64,000 bases of DNA from Ophelia neglecta (Eukaryota): contig OZ260661.1 of assembly GCA_965285935.1 (NCBI GenBank), forward strand, positions 17,670,001 through 17,734,000, read 5' to 3'. Below, in pieces: positions 13,083 through 26,491 of the stretch. Position 1 is the stretch's first letter. The number at the start of each line of letters is the position of its first letter. The notes beneath the pieces were generated by a model, which worked only from the letters and a program-made list of their open reading frames with translations, ran no database searches and had not been told where the DNA came from. A program made the translations under genes and the position numbers.

Positions 13083-14591
13083 ATGATAAAAGAAAAGGGA
13101 AGTAACGGTCCCCAGTTTCTCCTACCAATGCAGGATCTAGCTTTTTTCTTATTTTGCAGGAATTAAATTTCCTGATAAATGAGCGAAATAATTTTTAGCA
13201 AACACTTCTGACTTTACATGTATCTCATGTAATGATCACTTATAGGAAGTCAAATGAATGAAATTTGATGGTATTTTACTTTCTCCTTGATCCCCTTACA
13301 ATGGTTAAATTTTGATTATAATATCTTAATGGTAAAAGATCTAATAAATTGACCACTAACATTAAGTCATAAAAGGATACTTGTTTAAAAGTGATTCTCA
13401 TTGTTCTTTTCCTTTTAGGAGACGAAATGAACAATATTTATTGACCTCCTTTACAATTGGGCAAAGCCAACACCATTTCGAATGGCTGTAATTCTGCATT
13501 GGTTTGGCACACAAAAAACAGGTAACTAGCCTAGCAAATATTTTTCAGACAAAAGGGGATTCTTTGGCTTGCATACAGTGTATATTACTTCAGTTGGCTC
13601 ATCTTGGGTAAGCAAGCTTCTTAGCATGATACCACAAAGAGTATTATAGATATGAGGCTGAAATTGACGCAGAGGTGGATATACAACCTACTTGTGAAAT
13701 AAGGAACTTTTGGCTTAAATCCAAATATAGTTAGTTGACTTTACTATGCCAAACACAACAGGATTCTCTTCATAGCTTATGTCACTTCTTTTATTGAGTA
13801 TTTAGGCTTTTATAATGTATTGCAATCATCTAGAGAGTGCAAAAATTGAATAATACTAGCATATACAAGCTAGTATTACCGTGTACGGGCTACAGTTTTA
13901 ACGAGCCTCTTTTAATTGTATATATTAGCTGCACAAATTTACAGTGATATACAAGCCTTGCAAGCGCTTCCATTTTTCAATTTTTCATCTTTAGAATACA
14001 GGCGATGTATATAGCCTCGCAATCGCTTGTATATTTCTTCCCGAGATTTCTAACGAAAACAAGTGTTATAAAAGCTTGATTATTTCATCTAGAGATTATT
14101 ACTATTTATAGTAAATTAGTCTTTTAAATAACTAGCAGTGTAAACGAGAAAGTATTTACCCACACGTCAGACAACTTGTCTGACGTGCTTGGCCCTTACG
14201 TCAGACATTTTGGCTCAACAGCAGAGACCAAAAAGGAAACCCAAATTTGAATAAACATATAACATTTACTTCTATTAATTTCGTCACTCCCTTTTCTGTA
14301 TTAACAAATGTACAAAACAAAATTATCTTTGAACACTTTTCTTAAATTCTGCTCTGCATTACTATTAATCCTTTCCATTTAAATGTCCGTTAGTTCGTTT
14401 TACAATAATAACGTTTCAGGTAAGCTTCGTTTGTAACAAAGTCCTGTTCACACTCCAAGCCAAAGTCTGAGTCATAGTCTGAATCCCCGGCTTCATCACT
14501 CCCAGAATCTTACTCAGGAACTGTGCTTGCCCCTGTCTCATTTGCTTCTGGATGTCTCTCCACCACTTATTCCCTCTCTTCAGCAGAAGAT

Positions 14592-16453
14592 TTCGGATTT
14601 GGATTTTTTGGGCTTAACGACACATAGACATCATGGGCTTTTGATTAAAAGCGGAGGCGCGGAGCCTTGTGGAGGTGAATCCCAAAATTAGAACACAGCG
14701 CTAGACCTATCAAACCTGTCCCTAACCCTTCCCCTAACCCAAAAATTAACCCTCAGCCCTAACCCTAGCCTTGCTGATGATTATTTACTTCGTGCCACTC
14801 AGAAATACCTATGACCTCCGCCTCCGCATAGCCTCCGCAAGTCCGCGTTTAATCAATAGCCGACACCATGTGGGTCATTTAGTGTCTTAAGTTGGGTATA
14901 GTTAATCGTTTATTGTACTGTCTATTTTTATTTACATGGGGATAATAGTAAGAAGTAAGCGGTTATTGAGCTCTATTTTATAAAAATCTTTTAGGTGGGT
15001 GGGTCAAATGTTTTTCTGACTAAAAAGTGTAAGTAAAGGAACATAAAAGGTTAGTTGTTTAATAAATCGAGAAAAGAAAGTTCCATAAACTTTCGCACTT
15101 TAAAAATGGTTTTCACGTTTAAGATCTACTACATTTTGTAGTAGAGATCTATAGACCTCAAGAAACCAAGGATCTGCTGTGGGCAAATCTTGTCGAATAA
15201 TGTTTTGAGGCTGTTAACGTTATAAAAACGGTATCTAGCCTCGGCGAAATCGCTACATTCCAACAGAATGTGTTGGATAGTAATCTGGCATTGGCAGCCC
15301 TCACAAAAAGGTGGGTCCTCTCTTCTCAGAAGGTGAGTGTGTGTAAAATGTGAGTGGCCGATGCGCAGACGAGACATGATCAAGTCGTCCCTCCCGGAGG
15401 CAAGAGGCTGTCGAAATGAATTCGGTATGGTGGGGCAGATAGAGTGCAGTTTGTTTTCCATGGCCTTGTCCCAGGCGGTTTGCCATTGTTTCCAGCCATA
15501 CTGGTTTATTGGGCTTTTGAAGTCAGAGGACGGGATTTTGATTGGGAAGATGGGATCTTCCAGTGCCTCTTTTGCACATTTGTCGGCAGCCTCGTTGCCT
15601 TTGATGCCCACGTGGCTGGGCACCCACAGAAGTATAACCGTTTTTCCTCTGTTGAGGATTTTATTTAAGGTTTCTCGCCGGGAGAGAACCAAAGGGTTAG
15701 ACCAGCTAAACCCTTCTAGTGCCTGGAGGGACGACATTGAGTCTGAGGTGATAACAAATTTTCTGTCTCTAGACTGGATGATATGGTCCAGAGCAAGATC
15801 TATGGCTGTTATTTCGGCAGTGAAAATGGAACTGTCATCCTGGAGGTGAAGGCATGTGCGTCAGCTGCCGCCGCCACATTCTCCTCGAGCTTCGACCCAT
15901 CCGTGAAGATAAAGGTCTGGTCATGGTACACTTCTGATCGGACCTGATTGAACCGTGTACAATATATCAGTGGTGAAGTGTAGTTTTTATTACCAGTGAC
16001 CATAAACCAGTCCACCACCAGTGGCCTATATGTCCATGGTGGTGTCTTCAGCAGTGTGGCATCAGCAATCCAGTTCAACGCCCAGATTTTCTAGGGATTG
16101 CTTGATGCGGATACCAAATGGAGGAATTGTGTTTTTGGTAGCATATATTTCACTGTCTGGAGGGTCAAAGACACTCGAGAAGGCAGGGTTGGCGGGGTCA
16201 GCGTGTAATTTGACTGCATATTGCAGTCCTAGTCTATCTTCCTAGGTGAAGAGGAGGCATGCATGCCTCCACCTCCAGACTGTCCTTTGAAGATGTTCGA
16301 TATGCACCAGTGCATATGCGAAGGGCCTGGTTCTGTACAGGATCTAGCATTTTTATGTAGTTTTGGTGAAGATCTATAAACAAAACAGCCATAATCGAGC
16401 TTTGATCCAACAAGGCTCTGGTACAGACATAACAGAACCTTGCGATCAGTAAC
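14592..16453 (-). mobile_element. 5'-truncated I-clade LINE: end of RT, RNase H, CCHC knuckle, 3' UTR and tail
   Basis: IFTDGSKLEENVAAA, WVPSHVGIKGNEAADKCAK and CEGCQCQITIQHILLEC. The 3' end GACACTAAATGACCCACATGG...GTCGTTAAGCCC-AAATCCAAATCC is shared with 62343-62400. Confidence 0.88.
14636..14861. mobile_element. MITE family B (GGCT(A/T)TTGATTAAA TIR, Mutator-like)
   Basis: TSD GACATCATG/GACACCATG (9 bp, 1 mismatch). The empty site is visible in the LINE copy at ~62370-62385. Confidence 0.9.
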
Positions 16454-16579
16454 TTTGAAACTTTTGAAAAATTTCCTTCTAGCTGTAAATCGTTTTGGAT
16501 TTTTGGTAAATTGAAGACCTGCACTGTTGGCATGTATCATTAAAAAGAAACAATGATTAAAAGTGATTTGCAACAAACA

Positions 16580-18052
16580 TTAAAGAAAGGCTGCTGCTGT
16601 TGTGAGGTCAGGGTTGCTGGTTGATCCATGGTGTGGAACAGTGCCATACCCGGCTGTGCTGTCTGAAGTGACTGGGCAGCTGGAAACACTGATTGCCTGG
16701 AAGTGGTCCACAATCTTGTTGATGTTCCGCCTGAAAGCACACCAGTGGCCATAAGCTATGCTGGGCAGGATGGACATGAACCACTGGCCATATGTGTGTC
16801 TCTTCAGCAGCCTCGGGTCTGTTGCGCCAGGAGCAACAGTTCCCAGTGCACTCTCTACTTTCTGAGTGATGGCTGAGGAATCAGCCGGACTGCGCCTCAT
16901 CGTCTCGAGCAGGTCGTCATGCTCCTGGCTGGCAGCCTTCCTCCTCCTGTCCCTCCTCCAAGGCTGTGGTGGGGGGATGTCACCAGTCAGCTCTATCTAG
17001 CTCTCATCGTCTGTGCCCTCCTCCTCCTCGGCCTCCTCCTGGACCTCCTCCTACACCTGCACCAGAGGTCTGGGCTTCACTCCCTGTAAATACAGGAAAC
17101 GGAAGACATGTTTACATAAAATTAGGAAGGAGAGCATGTTCTTTTGAGACAGGAATTACCAATGCTTGTAAAGTTGAGCTAATTGATTTAAAAATGCTAA
17201 TTAATCATCTTTAAAAAAAGTAGATTTTTTCCCTCCCCGATAAAATATTGAGCAAATTGCTTTTACAAAAACCAATCAATGAAAAATGAAGAACAAAATT
17301 AATTTCACTGACCATATGATTACTTACTTTCAGTGTGCCCGGCCTGTCCTCCTCACCACCTTGGCCAAAAAAGCCAAACAGCTCCACACTTCTCTGCTGC
17401 TAGGGGATGCGGTTCCTGCCACCTGCACCAGAGGGGGGAGGCTTCAGTGCCTTAACAGCAATGTCTTTCAGAGTCTTGATACGGCGCCGCAACTCGTCTG
17501 CAGTCAGACCCTTCTCTCCAGCCTTATCATTGTATCCGCCCTGCTTTGTGTTTTGGAGCCTGCAACACACAGAAAGATTCATTAAATAATAAACATGAAA
17601 TATTAAATATCTGAAATTAGTACATTCAAAGTCGGTGACCTAGGTTGTCTGTCTCTGAATAACCTTGAAAATTACATCGCATTTCACCTGAATAATATTG
17701 GTGACAATAATTGTAACCAACATTGCAAAGTTTTTAGCCAAGGTAAACATGCCCATCTTTCACATAACAATATTTATTATTCCACAGCAAGCAATTCTGC
17801 AAAGTATGTATCGAATGTTTGGACCCAGTCAGGTGAAATGGGCTGTAAAATAAAAAGACTTTTAAAAATTACATTTCTGTCCCACAGCCAAGGGTTCTGC
17901 TTGAGCCACTCAGAGATGTCCTCCTCCTGCTCTGGGGTCACGTTCCCAGCCGGGGCCTTGGCTCTCCTCCCATTTTTATCTGTCACAGGCACCTCTGAGT
18001 CTGCCTGATCCCCGAGTCTGCCCTCCTCAGCATCACTGTCTTCATGGGAATC
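16580..18052 (-). pseudogene. Spliced MADF/Myb-SANT-like protein, probably a Harbinger accessory ORF; 5' part cut off by the Gypsy LTR
   Basis: EQEEDISEWLKQNPWLWDR, LTADELRRRIKTLKD...PPSGAGG and C-terminal HTYGQWFMSILPSIAYGHWCAFRRNI lie in GC-rich exons separated by AT-rich introns. Confidence 0.6.
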
Positions 18053-18104
18053 TGAAAAGAAACAGATGACAAAGTTTTATACAAAGTTGGATAAAGCAAC
18101 AAGT

Positions 18105-20146
18105 TGTTACGACCATGACGTGGTCTTGCCTTGGCTGGTCATTGGCAACATAAGGAGGAGGCGAAATAAAGATACAGTTGTATAAGTTTCAACATTTATT
18201 CGTTCAACCAAGATTATGCATGCAAGTGATAATAGCAATTTAAAGAGATATGCCGTGCTCATCTACGACAACTTATATCTAAGTAAACTGTTATTTCAAC
18301 GCGGACAGGGCGTCGGGGCCTGTCAAGAAAAGAGAGGGCGTCCGGCCTTTCAAATGTCTTCAGTGGTTGTCTCAACCAAGCTTTCTAATCGCTGACCATT
18401 CATAATGGTCAATAGGAGCCTTCAGCGTCTTGTCATAGGCTCAAGCTGCCTAGAAAAAGAGGGACAAGGGTAGCGTTGCAGACCTTTAGCCGGCCTACTA
18501 ACAGGGTACTGAGATCACAGGATAAGGGACGGACCATTAGATATCTAGGGGGGGGGGGGGGGCCAGAGAACTTGGCTCTAGTTAGGAAATTTTTTTTCAT
18601 GAATAAAGTTGACAGAAAATTTTTTTTCACCACAGAAACTGCCAGATTATTTTTTTCCTCTATATGATATATTTTTTTACTTAAAAATAATAGGCAGATT
18701 ATTTTTTTTTTATGTATTTTTCTGGCAGATTATTTATTTTTGAGAAAATCAAAGCCAGAAAATTTATTTTCATTTTTTTCTGGCCCCCCCCCCCCCCTAG
18801 ATATCTAATGGTCCGTCCCTAATGATGACCAAAGGGTTTATGAGAGCCTACGTGCAGTAAAGCCTGCACGACTTATCGGCAAAACAAGCCAAAACACTCA
18901 ACCTGGCAGAGGGTGTAAGAGTGCAGTAGCGGGAAAAGTGTTGGGAGTTCTGCCAGGGCAAAAGACCGGACCACAGGCAGATCAACTAAAAGAAACACGG
19001 GTAATTTGGAGTCACACTGGATTCAGGCTCTTTCATTATTTCTAGCACTACGTTATCGATTATTTATTATTTAAAGTGGTATCTAAGCAGGTCGTAGCTA
19101 GACCACGGGAGAAAGGGAAATATACAAGCAAAGTCAAATGTATTCATACGAAAACTTCCCGCGAGTTGGGGAAGAAACAGTTTAAGCCTTAAATAGCGGT
19201 CAAGAATGATAGGATAGGGCGTAGCACAGCAGCTAACCGTCAGCTAAGTGTCATCACCCCTTTGAACACTGAAGAGGAGACAAGGGTACCGCGCCGCTGC
19301 TATCAATCAGCTCAGGGCGAATACTCCTGTAAACCCTCAACACGGGCAATAAAACGGTAGAGTCCATAAGAGAGGCAACAGTGGGTCTGTCAAACAGGTT
19401 ATGCTAATTGGGGCTATTTCCCGAACGTAACTTAGCCAAATAGTACAATAGCCGAACATAGCCAATTTTAATAACATCTTAGAGCTATAGTACCTTCGTG
19501 GGCAGAGGTTGACATTGTTGAGTACTAGTGGTACAAGCCACTTTAACCAGAGAGAGGAAACAGTCAGGCGCCCAGCCACTGGTATTTATAGGCAGCCCCG
19601 CCTGGGCGCACAGCGCCATGATTGGTCGCCACTCTTGCTGCGCCCGCTGATTGGTCACCTTTCGATCCCGTTTTGCCGCAGGATTTGACGGCTATGTGCA
19701 GAGCTTCAAAGCGCAGGCCATCGCAGCCTCAAACATTCCCCAAATATAAAATAATACTTATATTTTATAACATTCGTACAGTTACTCTTTCTCTATAAAC
19801 GGGGAGTGGCTTATACTCAACCAAAACCCCAGTTATTTCCATTTTAGTTTTCATTGTCTGTTAAACATTTGCCTGAAACACCGCCGGCAAACAACATCCG
19901 CTATCATTCTATCGACAGCTAAAGACAAGTTAATTTCACCGATATTTTAGTGAATAAAGAAGGTTTCATGCCGTTAATCATGCAATAGTGAGAATACGCT
20001 GTCCCGGTTGGCCCCAGGTAGGCAAAATCGCCAAACTAGTGAGATGAGGCACAAGATTCAGCCCACAAATCTCATGTTCCCGTGCTGACAGATTGCAGAT
20101 TTGGTCTGTCAAAATAAGTTATTGGCCCGTTTTCCGTGTCGTCACA
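18105..20146 (-). mobile_element. 3' LTR of a Gypsy-like retrotransposon (~2 kb including a MITE)
   Basis: TGTTACGAC...GTCGTCACA termini. Polypurine tract AAGGGAGGGGGTAG on the minus strand at 20147-20161. Part of this LTR (18829-19102) recurs at ~22580-22853 and ~25567-25840. Confidence 0.75.
18526..18819. mobile_element. PIF/Harbinger (Tourist-like) MITE inside the LTR
   Basis: TIR GGGACGGACCATTAGATATCTAGGGGG. TAA TSD at 18523-18525 and 18820-18822. Confidence 0.9.
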
Positions 20147-22853
20147 CTACCCCCTCCCTTAAGACTGAGCGTCCCCGCCACTCATAACGACTCTGAGAGC
20201 TGGTATCCTCTTACTTCGAGGACAACACTCGCGCCAAAAAGAGAAATACAACATAAGACATGCATCTTAAATCACATTATTTAATTGGTAATTTCTTGCT
20301 ACATTGGTAATGGTGAAAGAAAAATGTTCGAATGTACGTGCTGGATCGTTGAATGAAATAAAAAGTCTGTCAACCCCCTGACTGGGTGCACATTTGATCG
20401 AGAGTCCTTTCACGACAGGCTGTCGCAGGGTAGGTTAATGCCCCGGGAATCACCGGGATATCAGGGGGTGCCCGGGCAGCGGGGGCCGGTGGCCTTGGGT
20501 CCTTCGGTGGCTCCCCGTCTCCGGCTGACTTGGCAGGGCCGCGATGGGGTCCGGCTGCTGCCTCGCCAGCCGGTCAAGGGAGGCGGCCATGGCCGAGGTG
20601 GAAATGGCCAGCGTGGCCAGGGATGGCGCCACATTCTCCCAACAACCAGCTGGTGGCTGTGCGGCTGCGGCCTGGCCTGCTGCTTCGACCGTCCTCGGTG
20701 GCATCAGTGGCCCGATCCTGGAGGGGGGAGGCACGATACTCTCCAGAATCAAGTTCTCTGGGGGGAGGGGCTCTCCCTCAGCAATCCGAGACCCAGTGGG
20801 TAGGGGGGGGGGGGGCGTGCTGTTCCCTGATATGGCGCTCACAGAATCCCTTCTCTAGGAAGGGTAGTTCACATGCAAGGCATGTGAAGTGGGCCTCATT
20901 TCCTTTGGCTTTCAAGTGCTTCCTCACAAAATGCAACAGCATGGTTGTGTGTGCGCCCGTCGTTGGATACTTCCTACACCGATGAGTGTGGACTGGGCGG
21001 GCTAAAAAGGAAGGAAAAAGGATAAAGAGGTAAGACAATTCAAAAAATGAATCAAAATCAGAAGGGGGAACTTTAGGTATTGCACATTGTCGAGCAGTGA
21101 ATCCAGCATGTATAGTAGTGGGACATCTGGCCCAAAGGCGGGCACACAAGCTCCCACACTGTACGCCAAACGCGGACCTAGGGGTAGGCCTGTTTTACAG
21201 GGCTGGCCCGGGTATACAGACCCTCCTAGTCTACCCTTTCGCGAACTCAGCGACCAACAGCCTCAACCACGCTGGACGCTAAGTCCCAAAATATTGCTTT
21301 AATTTGTCGCAGTTGACCACGCGCTGGGTACGCTTGTCTAATTGCACATGGTAATTTTGATCACTGAGCCTCTCGAGGATGACACACGGCCTCTCAGTCT
21401 TTGCACTTCGCCGGAGCTCTCCCCTGCTGGCCCATCACTCTGGCCAGGCCCCTCGGCGCTGCTCGGGACGTCTGGTACCTTTATTTGAGACCTGCCGCAG
21501 TGCCTGGCGGAGGGCTTAGCTGCCCTAATCTCCTCCCCGTCAGAGTCACTGTCCACTGTCCCGGCGGTTCTAATGGTTTTACGATGCCTGTCAAACGCCT
21601 GCCGCCGGGTTTCTCCAAAGTTTATGACGTGGAACACGACCTCATCTATGTCGGCCGGCTCCTTGACAAATTCAACCTGAAAACACTCACCATCATCAAT
21701 TAATCCATCGAGGAACCTTCTAAGCAGGTTGTTGCCGCAGGTGTGTCTGTCTATCTCGCCCACCGTGGGCTTTGTCGTACAAAAATTTCAGTTCAGCGGC
21801 ATAACTCTCCACTGACTTGTCACTTTTCTGAACCCTTTTGCTAAATTGGTCCCCAAATGTTCGAGTGGTCTCTATCTTTTGAAACCGAACTTGCAAGTCC
21901 CTAATCAATTGACGATAGTCTGATCTAATGGTTCTCGGTAGCTGTCTAAAGACAAAATCCCCAGCAAGACCTTAGTTTAGGTAACAATTCATCTAGCTTT
22001 TCCTAAGAGTCACAACCTCTCCTCGTGGCGATATCTTGGAATCTATTGAACCATACCTCCCAGTCTTCTTGTCCCGTAAAGGGCGGGAACTTAGGACTCT
22101 TATCAGGAAGTCTGCGAGTCCTAGGCCTTTCTTCGCCGAAGTCAGACTCCTCGGACCCTGAGGTATCTTGTTCGATTCCCTTGCCCGCCTGCGCCCACTG
22201 CCGAATCTGCCAGCTGGTGCCCCAGGCCCTTCTAGGGCCTCCCGACCTCGTCGTGGGTTGACAGCTGGCTCGGCCACCAGGTAACCTTCAACCCTCTGGC
22301 GCGAATTCATAGCTCGTGCTCCGGCCCTGGAAACCGAGTTCTCAGCACGCCTATGCTTCTCAGAATTTGCCTCTGGGACCAGGAAGTGATCAGTTTCCTG
22401 ATGAATTTCAATATCCGAGGTGACCGGACGGTCAACTTTGGTTGGACGTGAATGCCTTACTGCATTCGATTCAAACGGGACCTCTGTAGCCTAGGATTGC
22501 ACCTGTGGGCCAAAACCAACATTAGGACTTCCTGTATACAACAGGCCACCGTCCTCGGCCTGAGTTGCCTTTGCCAGCACCCAAAGGGTTTATGAGAGCC
22601 TATGTGCAGTGAAGCCTGCATGACTTATCGGGAAAACAAGCCAAAACACTCAACCTGGCAGAGGGTGTAAGCGTACAGTAGCGGGAAAAGTGTTGTGAGT
22701 TCGGCCAGGGCAAAATACCAGACCACAGGCAGATCAACTAAAAGAAACACAGGTAATTGGGAGTCACACTGGATTCAGGCTCTTTCATTATTTCCAGCAC
22801 TATGTTATCGAGCATTTATTATTTAAAGTGGCATCTAAGCAGGTCGTAGCTAG
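20147..22853 (-). mobile_element. Gypsy-like internal region: degraded gag plus a 3' zinc-finger ORF, pol deleted, partial LTR
   Basis: Gag-like QKSDKSVESYAAELKFLYDKAH and LLRRFLDGLIDD...FQVEFVKEPADIDE. No RT or integrase motifs lie between gag and the PPT. Confidence 0.7.
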
Positions 22854-25800
22854 AAAAAACCTGCATGTGCAGCATGCATCAGCTGCAAAATGGAATTTAC
22901 TAGAAAGCCAAACTTGTAGTTGAACCCCATGATATTTTCATTTGTCACCAAGAACGATGGGACTATGCTATTAAAAGTAAACATGATACAAAGAAACAAA
23001 TGGCCATGTCTAAGCACTTTACCTCCAAGTATATTTGCCCAAAGTTAACTTGTATAAGGATCAGGTATCCTTATTTTAATACTAGTTCACTGCAAGTGGG
23101 GCAAAGTGCAGACGGTCAGCTAACAGAAGTTCACAAAAAAACATCTTTATGAACAGTTTCAATACCGATTGTAAAATGCCTATCAATGCTAAATTCCTAC
23201 TTAATGCCTGAACTGTGTATCTGCTTTATCTGCATTTACTATATATAGGCCCCTTAAATTGTACTCTGTAGGCTGTTTGACAGGTTTTGAGTAATATGAT
23301 TTATAAATATCATGTGGTTCACTTCAATTATATATGACTTTGAAGGCTTCAAATGCATCTTTAATAGACATATAATTAATGTCTAATTTATTAATTGTAA
23401 ATAGGCTAGAGTTATGTTACATTTATATTCATATTAAATAAAATTCATTAAAAGACTGTATTTCTTTATTATCCCAGATTGTATGATAAATTTGATGGAT
23501 TTATCCGTCTCCGGCTGACTTGGCAGGGCCGCGATGGGGTCCGGCTGCTGCCTCGCCAGCCGGTCAAGGGAGGCGGCCATGGCCGAGGTGGAAATGGCCA
23601 GCGTGGCCAGGGATGGCGCCACATTCTCCCAACAACCAGCTGGTGGCTGTGCGGCTGCGGCCTGGCCTGCTGCTTCGACCGTCCTCGGTGGCATCAGTGG
23701 CCCGATCCTGGAGGGGGGAGGCACGATACTCTCCAGAATCAAGTTCTCTGGGGGGAGGGGCTCTCCCTCAGCAATCCGAGACCCAGTGGGTAGGGGGGGG
23801 GGCGTGCTGTTCCCTGATATGGCGCTCACAGAATCCCTTCTCTAGGAAGGGTAGTTCACATGCAAGGCATGTGAAGTGGGCCTCATTTCCTTTGGCTTTC
23901 AAGTGCTTCCTCACAAAATGCAACAGCATGGTTGTGTGTGCACCCGTCGTTGGATACTTCCTACACCGATGAGTGTGGACTGGGCGGGCTAAAAAGGAAG
24001 GAAAAAGGATAAAGAGGTAAGACAATTCAAAAAATGAATCAAAATCAGAAGGGGGAACTTTAGGTATTGCACATTGTCGAGCAGTGAATCCAGCATGTAT
24101 AGTAGTGGGACATCTGGCCCAAAGGCGGGCACACAAGCTCCCACACTGTACGCCAAACGCGGACCTAGGGGTAGGCCTGTTTTACAGGGCTGGCCCGGGT
24201 ATACAGACCCTCCTAGTCTACCCTTTCGCGAACTCAGCGACCAACAGCCTCAACCACGCTGGACGCTAAGTCCCAAAATATTGCTTTAATTTGTCGCAGT
24301 TGACCACGCGCTGGGTACGCTTGTCTAATTGCACATGGTAATTTTGATCACTGAGCCTCTCGAGGATGACACACGGCCTCTCAGTCTTTGCACTTCGCCG
24401 GAGCTCTCCCCTGCTGGCCCATCACTCTGGCCAGGCCCCTCGGCGCTGCTCGGGACGTCTGGTACCTTTATTTGAGTCCTGCCGCAGTGCCTGGCGGAGG
24501 GCTTAGCTGCCCTAATCTCCTCCCCGTCAGAGTCACTGTCCACTGTCCCGGCGGTTCTAATGGTTTTACGATGCCTGTCAAACGCCTGCCGCCGGGTTTC
24601 TCCAAAGTTTATGACGTGGAACACGACCTCATCTATGTCGGCCGGCTCCTTGACAAATTCAACCTGAAAACACGCACCATCATCAATTAATCCATCGAGG
24701 AACCTTCTAAGCAGGTTGTTGCCGCAGGTGTGTCTGTCTATCTCGCCCACCGTGGGCTTTGTCGTACAAAAATTTCAGTTCAGCGGCATAACTCTCCACT
24801 GACTTGTCACTTTTCTGAACCCTTTTGCTAAATTGGGCCCCAAATGTTCGAGTGGTCTCTATCTTTTGAAACCGAACTTGCAAGTCCCTAATCAATTAAC
24901 GATAGTCTGATCTAATGGTTCTCGGTAGCTGTCTAAAGACAAAATCCCCAGCAAGACCTTAGTTTAGGTAACAATTCATCTAGCTTTTCCTAAGAGTCAC
25001 AACCTCTCCTCGTGGCGATATCTTGGAATCTATTGAACCATACCTCCCAGTCTTCTTGTCCCGTAAAGGGCGGGAACTTAGGACTCTTATCAGGAAGTCT
25101 GCGAGTCCTAGGCCTTTCTTCGCCGAAGTCAGACTCCTCGGACCCTGAGGTATCTTGTTCGATTCCCTTGCCCGCCTGCGCCCACTGCCGAATCTGCCAG
25201 CTGGTGCCCCAGGCCCTTCTAGGGCCTCCCGACCTCGTCGTGGGTTGACAGCTGGCTCGGCCACCAGGTAACCTTCAACCCTCTGGCGCGAATTCATAGC
25301 TCGTGCTCCGGCCCTGGAAACCGAGTTCTCAGCACGCCTATGCTTCTCAGAATTTGCCTCTGGGACCAGGAAGTGATCAGTTTCCTGATGAATTTCAATA
25401 TCCGAGGTGACCGGACGGTCAACTTTGGTTGGACGTGAATGCCTTACTGCATTCGATTCAAACGGGACCTCTGTAGCCTAGGATTGCACCTGTGGGCCAA
25501 AACCAACATTAGGACTTCCTGTATACAACAGGCCACCGTCCTCGGCCTGAGTTGCCTTTGCCAGCACCCAAAGGGTTTATGAGAGCCTATGTGCAGTGAA
25601 GCCTGCATGACTTATCGGGAAAACAAGCCAAAACACTCAACCTGGCAGAGGGTGTAAGCGTACAGTAGCGGGAAAAGTGTTGTGAGTTCGGCCAGGGCAA
25701 AATACCAGACCACAGGCAGATCAACTAAAAGAAACACAGGTAATTGGGAGTCACACTGGATTCAGGCTCTTTCATTATTTCCAGCACTATGTTATCGAGC

Positions 25801-26491
25801 ATTTATTATTTAAAGTGGCATCTAAGCAGGTCGTAGCTAGAAAAAACCTGCATGTGCAGCATGCATCAGCTGCAAAATGGAATTTACTAGAAAGCCAAAC
25901 TTGTAGTTGAACCCCATGATATTTTCATTTGTCACCAAGAACGATGGGACTATGCTATTAAAAGTAAACATGATACAAAGAAACAAATGGCCATGTCTAA
26001 GCACTTTACCTCCAAGTATATTTGCCCAAAGTTAACTTGTATAAGGATCAGGTATCCTTATTTTAATACTAGTTCACTGCAAGTGGGGCAAAGTGCAGAC
26101 GGTCAGCTAACAGAAGTTCACAAAAAAACATCTTTATGAACAGTTTCAATACCGATTGTAAAATGCCTATCAATGCTAAATTCCTACTTAATGCCTGAAC
26201 TGTGTATCTGCTTTATCTGCATTTACTATATATAGGCCCCTTAAATTGTACTCTGTAGGCTGGTTGACAGGTTTTGAGTAATATGATTTATAAATATCAT
26301 GTGGTTCACTTCAATTATATATGACTTTGAAGGCTTCAAATGCATCTTTAATAGACATATAATTAATGTCTAATTTATTAATTGTAAATAGGCTAGAGTT
26401 ATGTTACATTTATATTCATATTAAATAAAATTCATTAAAAGACTGTATTTCTTTATTATCCCAGATTGTATGATAAATTTGATGGATTTAT
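20515..26491. repeat. Near-identical ~2.99-kb direct tandem duplication (20515-23504 and 23505-26491)
   Basis: Paired ORFs offset by 2987-2990 bp. Only a few substitutions (GEC/GAC, RSQ/RTQ, GDQ/GAQ) and one G-run length difference. Confidence 0.95.

Noticed and set aside
20438-25248. Many plus-strand ORFs over the Gypsy region, and antisense ORFs over the hAT, LINE and Ngaro elements
   Set aside because: Shadow frames of GC-rich coding sequence with no recognisable motifs.
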